From positions 17,293 to 81,292 of the forward strand of contig JAAFJR010000008.1 in NCBI GenBank assembly GCA_013298945.1: 64,000 bases of DNA, written 5' to 3'. This stretch comes from Polaromonas sp. Lineage in GTDB: Bacteria > Pseudomonadota > Gammaproteobacteria > Burkholderiales > Burkholderiaceae_C. Both the position numbers and the translations under genes were made by a program. The notes beneath the pieces are model-generated. The model did no database searches, was not told the DNA's origin, and saw nothing but the letters and a program-made list of their open reading frames with translations. Shown piece after piece: positions 29,565-36,842 of this stretch (its first letter is position 1; each line of letters starts with the position of its first letter).

Positions 29565-32030
29565 TTATTTCCGAAGGGCTTGCAGTTTTGAGAAGGCGGA
29601 GGCCATAGCTGATGGCGCTGCGGCGGATTGATTTCCCTGATTTCCATTTCCGCGTTTCTGCTGTCCCCTGCCCGCTCCTTCAAAGCGATTCTGCCCACCA
29701 TTGTGACGTTGTTCGCCTCGTTGCGCCGGTTTTTCACCCAGTTTCATGGTCAAACCAATGCGTTTACGCTCAACATCTACCTCGACGACTTGTACTTTAA
29801 CGATATCACCGGTTTTGACGACTTCTCTGGCGTCGGTGGTGAATTTGTGGCTCAGTTGGCTGACGTGGACCAAGCCGTCCTGGTGCACACCCAGGTCGAT
29901 AAACGCGCCAAAAGCTGCGACGTTGCTGACAGTGCCCTCCAAAATCATGCCTTCACGCAGGTCTTTGATGTCTTCCACACCGTCGTTGAAGCGCGCTACT
30001 TTGAAGTCTGGGCGCGGGTCGCGACCCGGTTTTTCTAGCTCACCCAGAATGTCTTTGACGGTGATGACGCCAAACTTGTCATTGGCAAACAACTCGGGAC
30101 GCAGGGTTTTTAGCATGTCTGCCCTGCCCATCAACTCGGCAACGGGTTTTCCGGTTGTGGTGATGATTTGCTCTACCACGGGATAGGTTTCAGGGTGAAC
30201 GCCGGTCATGTCCAGCGGGTTGTCGCCGCCGCGAATGCGCAAAAAGCCGGCACATTGCTCAAAGGCTTTGGGCCCCAGGCCGGTCACTTCACTGAGTTGA
30301 CGGCGGTTTTTGAACGCGCCATTCGCCTCGCGCCAGCGCACAACCGACTTGGCGACGCTGGCAGACAGGCCGGAGACGCGACTGAGTAAGGGGACGCTGG
30401 CGGTGTTCAAGTCGACACCGACCGAGTTGACGCAGTCTTCTACCACCGAGCCCAGGCTACGTGCCAGTTCGGACTGGTTCAAGTCATGCTGGTACTGCCC
30501 CACGCCAATGGCTTTGGGGTCGATTTTGACCAACTCGGCCAACGGGTCTTGCAAGCGCCGCGCAATGCTGGCCGCACCGCGCAGGCTGACGTCCACATCG
30601 GGCATTTCCAGGCTAGCAAACTCGCTGGCGCTGTAGACGGAAGCGCCAGCCTCTGAGACCACTACTTTTTCTATAGCTATTGAGGCAACGGATACGACGG
30701 CTACAGCCGTTTTTACACTATTTTCTCGGTTTTTAGCCATCAACTTTATCAAATCACCCGCCAGTTTGTCGGTTTCGCGGCTGGCTGTGCCGTTGCCGAT
30801 GGCGATGAGATTGACACCGTGTTTCTCGCACATTTTGCTCAAAATATGCAGCGAGCCGTCCCAGTCTTTGCGCGGCTCGTGCGGGTAGATGGTGGCGGTT
30901 TCGACCAGTTTGCCAGTCGCATCGACCACGGCCACTTTCACACCGGTGCGGATGCCAGGGTCTAAGCCCATCACCACACGTGGGCCGGCGGGTGCGGCCA
31001 GCAGCAAGTCGCGCAAGTTATCAGCAAACACCTTGATGGCGACTTTTTCAGCCTCTTCCCTGAGCTTAGCGAACAAATCGCGCTCGGTAGACAGGCTGAG
31101 CTTGACGCGCCAAGTCCAGGCAACGCATTTGCGGATCAAGTCGTCAGAGGCTCTGCCGAGATGACTCCAGCCTAAATGTAGGGCAATGCGTGCTTCGGCG
31201 AGTGAGACTGGAGCAACTTTTGTAGCAATGGCTGGCTCTGGAGGCGCGGGAAGAACCAACTTAGCATCCAAAATTTCCAACCCCCGCCCACGGAACACTG
31301 CCAAAGCGCGGTGCGACGGCACGCGGCCTATCGGTTCGTCGTAGTCAAAGTAGTCGCGAAACTTGGCGACATCGGCGTTGTTTGGGTCTTTGCCGTCCAT
31401 CAGCTTGCTTTGCAGCAAGCCTGTGTCCCACAGCCAAACGCGCAAACTTTGCACCAAGGCGGCGTCTTCGGCCCAGCGCTCTGAGAGCAAGTCGCGCACG
31501 CCGTCTAAAACGGCCGCTACGGTGGAGAAATCGGGCTGTTTGTCTTCGCCATCCACTTGAGGCTTGAGCGGAATCACAAAGGCTTCGGCCTCAAGTGCTG
31601 GTGCGAGTGTCGGGTCGGCGAAAAGCTTGTCTGCCAGCGGCTCTAGCCCCGCTTCCCGTGCCATTTGACCCTTGGTGCGGCGTTTGAGTTTGAACGGAAG
31701 ATACAGGTCTTCCAGCTCTTGCTTGGTGGCGCAGTCGGCAATTGAAAGGCACAGCGCATCAGTTAACTTGCCTTGCTCATCAATAGCTTTGAGGACAACT
31801 TCGCGCCTGTCGGCAAGTTCGCGCAGGTACGAGAGGCGAAATTCTAATTCTCGTAGCTGAATATCGTCTAGCCCGCCCGTGGCTTCCTTGCGATATCGGG
31901 CGATGAAGGGGACGGTTGCGCCGCCGTCGAGTAGTTCGACGGCAGATTTGACTTGCTCGGGTTTGACTTTGATTTCTAGAGAGATCTGCGTGATTATTTG
32001 GTGGATGATATGGGAGTTGATTTGATGCAT
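29565..32030 (-). CDS. tex: transcription accessory protein Tex (YqgF/HhH/S1 domains)
   Basis: ARYRKEATGGLDD, AIGNGTASRETD and SEAGASVYSAS motifs, a C-terminal S1 domain (GTVSNVAAFGAFIDLGVHQDGLVHVSQL) and a basic tail. Confidence 0.9.
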   Translation of the reverse strand: MHQINSHIIHQIITQISLEIKVKPEQVKSAVELLDGGATVPFIARYRKEATGGLDDIQLRELEFRLSYLRELADRREVVLKAIDEQGKLTDALCLSIADCATKQELEDLYLPFKLKRRTKGQMAREAGLEPLADKLFADPTLAPALEAEAFVIPLKPQVDGEDKQPDFSTVAAVLDGVRDLLSERWAEDAALVQSLRVWLWDTGLLQSKLMDGKDPNNADVAKFRDYFDYDEPIGRVPSHRALAVFRGRGLEILDAKLVLPAPPEPAIATKVAPVSLAEARIALHLGWSHLGRASDDLIRKCVAWTWRVKLSLSTERDLFAKLREEAEKVAIKVFADNLRDLLLAAPAGPRVVMGLDPGIRTGVKVAVVDATGKLVETATIYPHEPRKDWDGSLHILSKMCEKHGVNLIAIGNGTASRETDKLAGDLIKLMAKNRENSVKTAVAVVSVASIAIEKVVVSEAGASVYSASEFASLEMPDVDVSLRGAASIARRLQDPLAELVKIDPKAIGVGQYQHDLNQSELARSLGSVVEDCVNSVGVDLNTASVPLLSRVSGLSASVAKSVVRWREANGAFKNRRQLSEVTGLGPKAFEQCAGFLRIRGGDNPLDMTGVHPETYPVVEQIITTTGKPVAELMGRADMLKTLRPELFANDKFGVITVKDILGELEKPGRDPRPDFKVARFNDGVEDIKDLREGMILEGTVSNVAAFGAFIDLGVHQDGLVHVSQLSHKFTTDAREVVKTGDIVKVQVVEVDVERKRIGLTMKLGEKPAQRGEQRHNGGQNRFEGAGRGQQKRGNGNQGNQSAAAPSAMASAFSKLQALRK
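30661..30708 (+). repeat. 48-bp dispersed repeat, copy E (in frame in tex)
   Basis: actactttttctatagctattgaggcaacggatacgacggctacagcc. On the coding strand it encodes AVAVVSVASIAIEKVV. GAG variant. Confidence 0.85.
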
Positions 32031-32072
32031 GAAACTTGAAAACTAACGAGTTGGGAGTGAAATTTTAGGCAT

Positions 32073-32102
32073 AAAAAAAGAGCTTTCCAATCTGAAAAGC
32101 TC
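32073..32102 (-). terminator. rho-independent terminator downstream of the LuxR-type regulator gene
   Basis: The minus strand reads GAGCTTT-tcagattgg-AAAGCTC followed by T7. Confidence 0.6.
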
Positions 32103-32160
32103 ATCCTGCCTAGTTTCGATTTAGCCCTATTTTACGAGGGTCTTGCCTCGAAAACCTAGT

Positions 32161-32973
32161 CTAACTGAGCAAGCCTTGGTTCTTTGCACTGCTAACTGCT
32201 TGAGCACGTGTGTGCACTTGCAATTTTCGGTAAATGTTCTTGATATGCGTGGTCACGGTTTGCGTGCTGATATTGATTCTCATGGCGATAGCACTGCTGG
32301 TGCAACCATCTGCCACCAACTCTAAAATTTCACGTTCTCTGTATGACAAAACACCATTACCAAGCATTGGAATGACTTGGTTGCGCGTGCTTTGGAAGTC
32401 AATGTGCGAGCCGTGGGTTAATTTTTTAACGAGCCGCCGCGCCAGGCTGGGCGATATAAAAGCGCCACCATTGGCAACTTGCAGTACAGCTTGCGCATAG
32501 TTGCCAAACCAAGAGTTTTTGACAATATAGCCATTTGCGCCCAAATCAAAAGCGGTGATCGCCTTTTCTTCATCATCCATCATTGACACTACAAGTGCCT
32601 CAGCAGCGGGTCGGTGCATGCGCATGTATTTCAACAGCTCAAAGCTCATGCCATCGCGCAGGTTCAAGTCTAAAAGCATTACATCGAAAGCATAGTTTGC
32701 TATCAAATTTCTACCTTCACGCATGTTACTTGCTGTCGCCACTAGCGTGGTGCGTGGGTCAGAACCCAACTCTTGACCAACGACTGTGCGCATGTGCGCA
32801 TCCTCTTCAATCAAGATCACGCGCAATGGCTGGTTAGCTTGACCCAACAAAAAGTCGGGCCACAAATTTGCAGGATTCGCAAAATATGCAAATTGACCTT
32901 GCGATGCTAGCTTGGATGCATTCGCTTCGTTTGCAGTATTTGTATTGCTAAATGTGGTTACTTGTTGATTCAT
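32161..32973 (-). CDS. NarL/FixJ-type response regulator (REC + LuxR HTH) with a ~50-aa N-terminal extension, in a CsgD-like position
   Basis: REC landmarks ILIEED, VMLLDLNLRDG and GANGYIVK. C-terminal LSYREREILELVADGCTSSAIAMRINISTQTVTTHIKNIYRKL. Divergent from the repeat-protein operon. Confidence 0.8.
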   Translation of the reverse strand: MNQQVTTFSNTNTANEANASKLASQGQFAYFANPANLWPDFLLGQANQPLRVILIEEDAHMRTVVGQELGSDPRTTLVATASNMREGRNLIANYAFDVMLLDLNLRDGMSFELLKYMRMHRPAAEALVVSMMDDEEKAITAFDLGANGYIVKNSWFGNYAQAVLQVANGGAFISPSLARRLVKKLTHGSHIDFQSTRNQVIPMLGNGVLSYREREILELVADGCTSSAIAMRINISTQTVTTHIKNIYRKLQVHTRAQAVSSAKNQGLLS

Positions 32974-33585
32974 GTCACACCCCTTTGTATACGTATCAAT
33001 TGGTTAACTTTTCACAGTTGACATGTATGAACATTAACCACTCTTGGTGACAAATGCTATGTAAATAATGCCCAAAAATAGAACCTTTTAACTTACAAAA
33101 CTATGCGTTTTAGTTAAAAACGGTACAGTAATATATTGACTAAGCAGTAAAGAGCGCTTTTTCCCAATGAAAACGCGCCAATCGAAGCGCCACCAAAAAA
33201 CACGAACAACTTCAAAAAATACAACTGGAATATCTCACCAAATAGTTAAATGTTTCATAAATTTACAAATGATTCACTACGAAACTACCTTTTTTTTAAG
33301 CTTATACCCAGCTAATACGCAAACTTTTCACAGCAATTCTCATTAAGTGCGTCAAAAAGTACACATATTTTGGGTAATAAAACACGGTATTTTTGGTAGA
33401 CGCAACGCGGTATTGAAACACCCCCCTGCAAAACGGAAACTAGCTCCAGATGAAAACAGAAGCGATGCGACAAATAAATTTTGAAAGCATTGCATCTGAT
33501 TTCATCAAAGCTTCCGAGCACCGTTGAGCCACAAGATGTTCGGGAATTTTTAAATTCATTTAAACGTTTCTTTAGGGGATTTATC

Positions 33586-34071
33586 ATGAAAAAACTTTCC
33601 GTATTAGCCTTGGCATTGTTCGCAGCATCAGCATTTGCAACAAGTGGTGGTGGTAGTGGTGGCGGCAGTGGGGGTCCTTCTGCTTCGACTGATGTTGTCA
33701 TCAGCGGTACATCAACTCAAAGCGCCACTCTCAACAGTGTGAATGTGTCTAACCGCGTTTCAGGCAACGACAACGTTGGTCAGCAAAACTTGGCATCAAA
33801 CGCTGGCGATATCGATATTCGTGGTCGTTCAACTCAAACTGTATCAGCACGTGGCGGCTCTATCACCAACACGGTGACAGGCACTGACAACGTCGCAAGC
33901 CAAAACTTGTCGTCAAACATTGGCCAAGTTTCTATCAGCGGAACGTCCACACAGACAACATCGACAACTTACGCTAACGTGAGCAACAACGTTAGCGGAC
34001 GTGACAACTCTGGCACTCAAAACATTGCATCTAACAACTCTTGCACAACTTGCGTTGGCGGACATCGTTAA
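33586..34071 (+). CDS. secreted repeat protein 1: candidate fibre/amyloid-like major subunit (3 x 39-aa Q/N/S/T repeats, Gly/Ser-rich N-terminus, CxxC tail)
   Basis: AGGGGA Shine-Dalgarno. Signal peptide MKKLSVLALALFAASAFA, then TSGGGSGGGSGGPS. Three 39-aa repeats I[SR]GxSTQ...N.V[ST]GxDN...QN[LI][AS]SNxG. Ends in SCTTCVGGHR. Confidence 0.75.
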   Translation: MKKLSVLALALFAASAFATSGGGSGGGSGGPSASTDVVISGTSTQSATLNSVNVSNRVSGNDNVGQQNLASNAGDIDIRGRSTQTVSARGGSITNTVTGTDNVASQNLSSNIGQVSISGTSTQTTSTTYANVSNNVSGRDNSGTQNIASNNSCTTCVGGHR

Positions 34072-34089
34072 TTTGAGTTATCAGAAAAA

Positions 34090-34140
34090 CTTTCAAGAAC
34101 ATGTTGCGACGTTAGAAATAGCTAGCCATGTTTTTGAAAG
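34090..34140 (+). promoter_or_regulatory. intercistronic hairpin between the two repeat-protein genes
   Basis: ctttcaagaacatg (23 nt loop) catgtttttgaaag. A 14-bp stem with one G-U pair; a T-rich tract lies farther downstream. Confidence 0.4.
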
Positions 34141-34186
34141 TTACTGAAAGTTTGAATCATTCGTTTTTTGTGTTGGGAGAACTGTT

Positions 34187-34657
34187 GTGAAAACTACTTT
34201 GTCGCTTTGTCTGTCATTGGTATTGAGTATGGTTACGTCAAACTCGGGCGCCACAGGTTATGACCCAGTTTTAATTTCTGGCTCTTCCACACAAATTGCC
34301 TCCATCAACAATTCAACTATCAGCAATACCGTATTCGGCAACGACAGTACAGCGCAACAAAACTTAGCCAGTAATGCGGGGGGCGTTGTGATTACTGGAA
34401 ATTCACTCCAAATGGTTGCAGCGTATGGTAGCTTCGCTCGAAACGAGGTTATTGGCAGCGAAAGCATGGCCAGTCAGAATTTTTCATCCAATATGGGTGA
34501 TACACAAATCAGTGGCAGATCGATGCAAATCACATCTATGCAAGGGACTTACGCCTACAACAGTGCACAAGGTCATAGCACCTATGCCATACAAAATGTC
34601 GCATCTAACAATGCTTGTTTTAGTTGCCCATCGGGAAACTGCAACTTTAGACGTTGA
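34187..34657 (+). CDS. secreted repeat protein 2: paralogue of protein 1 (candidate minor/nucleator subunit)
   Basis: GTG start 7 nt after GGGAGA. Signal peptide, then the same 3 x 39-aa repeat register (ISGSSTQ...QNLASNAGGVV / ITGNSLQ...QNFSSNMGDTQ / ISGRSMQ...QNVASNNA). Tail is CFSCPSGNC. Confidence 0.7.
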   Translation: MKTTLSLCLSLVLSMVTSNSGATGYDPVLISGSSTQIASINNSTISNTVFGNDSTAQQNLASNAGGVVITGNSLQMVAAYGSFARNEVIGSESMASQNFSSNMGDTQISGRSMQITSMQGTYAYNSAQGHSTYAIQNVASNNACFSCPSGNCNFRR

Positions 34658-34711
34658 TTGTTTTTGCTTTTTTTACAAACTCTACACATGTGTTTTTTAG
34701 AGGTGAATATC

Positions 34712-35137
34712 ATGAAAAACCATTCCAAAATCTCAGCTCTTTGCATCGCAATTTATTTGATCGCTTCTGCACCAGCTTTAGCGCAATTTGCCCCAGGCGA
34801 AGACCCCATCAATTTGACCAAAGTATCCAAAACTGAGCTGCGTCCTACTGCACCACAGCAAGTTTCTGGAAATCTTGACCCGCTTTTTGGTATGCAGGGT
34901 TGGCTGCGTGCTCGCGTAACTCGCTATGAAGCGCGGGCCTATTCTGACAATACGTCCGACAACCTTTTGACAGATAACGACGCCGTTACCACCGCTAGCG
35001 CCCAAGGCTTAAATAAAGTCTGTGTGCAAGAGGTTGGTAGCTCAACGACAAGCTCCACCGGCTTTGGAAAATACGGTCCAAAAGGCGGTGCACAAATCGT
35101 GGTTTTAAAAGGCGATTTGGTCAACATCTGCAAATAA
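34712..35137 (+). CDS. small secreted protein of unknown function (141 aa, two Cys)
   Basis: Signal peptide MKNHSKISALCIAIYLIASAPALA|Q. Shine-Dalgarno agaggtga. Positioned between the repeat proteins and the CsgG-like gene. Confidence 0.6.
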   Translation: MKNHSKISALCIAIYLIASAPALAQFAPGEDPINLTKVSKTELRPTAPQQVSGNLDPLFGMQGWLRARVTRYEARAYSDNTSDNLLTDNDAVTTASAQGLNKVCVQEVGSSTTSSTGFGKYGPKGGAQIVVLKGDLVNICK

Positions 35138-35176
35138 ATAAATTCTTATTCAAAAGTCAAACAAACAAGGCTAGCC

Positions 35177-36820
35177 ATGAATACCAACATAACAACAAAA
35201 GCACCATCGGCGACTCATGAACGTCTGCATCTACCGGTTCTACTTGCTGTGCTGACATCGTTGGTCATCACAGGCTGCGCAGCTCCCATGGATGCTCGCA
35301 AAGATACCAAGTACCAATCGATGGCCTCAGTTGCAGACAGGCCTACATCGCGTCCAACACGATCGCTCTCTAGCATGTCTGCCTCGCTCATGTGTATGGA
35401 TCATATGTTTAGACAAGCTGATTTGCCTACAACGCTCATCACTTCTAAACAAATCCCTGACGTGACGGGCAAGATTGCTGTAGCGACTAAAGACATGATC
35501 GTTACATCACTCTCGCAAATGTCGCGCTTGTCAAATGCATTTCGATACATTGATTATGAAGTCGATATTTCACGTCAAGATACGGTCCAAAACATGACCG
35601 CTATCATGTTGAACAACAACCAAATGCAGCTACAAAAACCGGCACTGTATGTATCGGGTGCAGTTTCATTTGTGGATCAAAACATCATCAATAACCACTT
35701 TGATGCAGGCACATCTGCAACGCGCTTAGAGACTGGTTATAGCAACAACCGCAACGCCACGCTGATTGGGCTTGATCTACATATGGGCGATTTCAAGACG
35801 CGCACCATTATTCCTGGCCTAGATTCAGCTAACGAAGTTGTGATTGGCAATGCCAGCCAAGGCTTAGATTTGGCAGGAAAAATTGGCAGTTATGGCGTTC
35901 AATTCAATGTGGGGCGCGATTACACACAAGGTCCTGGCGCGGCGATTCGTACCTTGGTTGACTTAGCGATGATTGAGCTGATTGGAAAATGGTCACGCCT
36001 ACCCTATTGGCGTTGTTTGACTCTGGACCAAGCGCATCCTGAGCTGCAACGTCAGCTGCGTGACTGGTATGACGCTGGTAGCCCTGCCGCACACTCAAAA
36101 CTGGTGAAAACAGCACTTTCAGGCTTAGGCTATATGAAGATGTCGCAAATTTCTGAACCAGACAACACAGCAGCTTTCAAAACCATTTTGGGCAAATACC
36201 AAGCTGATTCGGGCATGGTGGTTACAGGTGTCATAGATTTTCCGACTTATGAGCGTGTGATGCGTAATTACTCAAAGCTTGATACAGACGGCAAGCTGGT
36301 ACCCGTGGATTGGACACCAAGTGGCGAATTGAAACTTGCTGACGTGCCACGCAGCATGGATTTGCAAATCAAAAACGTCCAACTTGACAAGACTACTTTT
36401 GAAGTAGGCGACCAAATCTTCTTATCGACCAGCGTATCGCGCGCTTCTCATGTGTATTGTTATTTGCAAGAAGCTACAGGCAATATGCTGCGTTTACTGC
36501 CGAATGCAACTAACACAGAGTCCTTGATGACGGCTGATGTATCGGTGCGGATTCCTGATTGGATCAACCCAAAACCAGGCTTCATTTTGGATGCTGCTGC
36601 GCCAGGCAACGAATATGTATTCTGTATTGCTACTGACGATGATGTTCTGCCAAAGTTGCCAGAAGCGATGCAGATAGCAGCATTCAAACCGATAGCAGGT
36701 ATGTCAAACAAAGCAGATGTGGTGAATGCGTTTACACAAGTAGCGGGCGAAGGTGGCTTGAGCCAAGCGACTGTGACTTGGAAAGTCACGCCCAAGACTG
36801 TCAAGCCAGCACAAAAATAA
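35177..36820 (+). CDS. lipoprotein with CsgG-like N-terminal domain + peptidoglycan-binding-like module + DUF4384-like C-terminal domain
   Basis: Lipobox LVITGC. Segments align by eye to E. coli CsgG as I recall it (QIPDVTGKIAVATKDMIVTSLSQ...; LYVSGAVSFVDQN...LIGLDLHM...; IRTLVDLAMIELIGKW). LSGLGYM...YQADSGMVVTGVIDFPTYERV resembles PG_binding_1. FEVGDQIFLSTSVSRASHVYCYLQEATGNMLRLLPN resembles DUF4384. Confidence 0.6.
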   Translation: MNTNITTKAPSATHERLHLPVLLAVLTSLVITGCAAPMDARKDTKYQSMASVADRPTSRPTRSLSSMSASLMCMDHMFRQADLPTTLITSKQIPDVTGKIAVATKDMIVTSLSQMSRLSNAFRYIDYEVDISRQDTVQNMTAIMLNNNQMQLQKPALYVSGAVSFVDQNIINNHFDAGTSATRLETGYSNNRNATLIGLDLHMGDFKTRTIIPGLDSANEVVIGNASQGLDLAGKIGSYGVQFNVGRDYTQGPGAAIRTLVDLAMIELIGKWSRLPYWRCLTLDQAHPELQRQLRDWYDAGSPAAHSKLVKTALSGLGYMKMSQISEPDNTAAFKTILGKYQADSGMVVTGVIDFPTYERVMRNYSKLDTDGKLVPVDWTPSGELKLADVPRSMDLQIKNVQLDKTTFEVGDQIFLSTSVSRASHVYCYLQEATGNMLRLLPNATNTESLMTADVSVRIPDWINPKPGFILDAAAPGNEYVFCIATDDDVLPKLPEAMQIAAFKPIAGMSNKADVVNAFTQVAGEGGLSQATVTWKVTPKTVKPAQK

Positions 36821-36842
36821 CGACATCAGTCAATGTGCCAGT

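Noticed and set aside
33312-33701. 129-aa minus-strand ORF with a PPLPPPLPPPL stretch
   Set aside because: The proline run is simply the antisense reading of the GGTGGTGGTAGTGGTGGCGGC Gly/Ser tract of repeat protein 1. The rest lies in the AT-rich control region.
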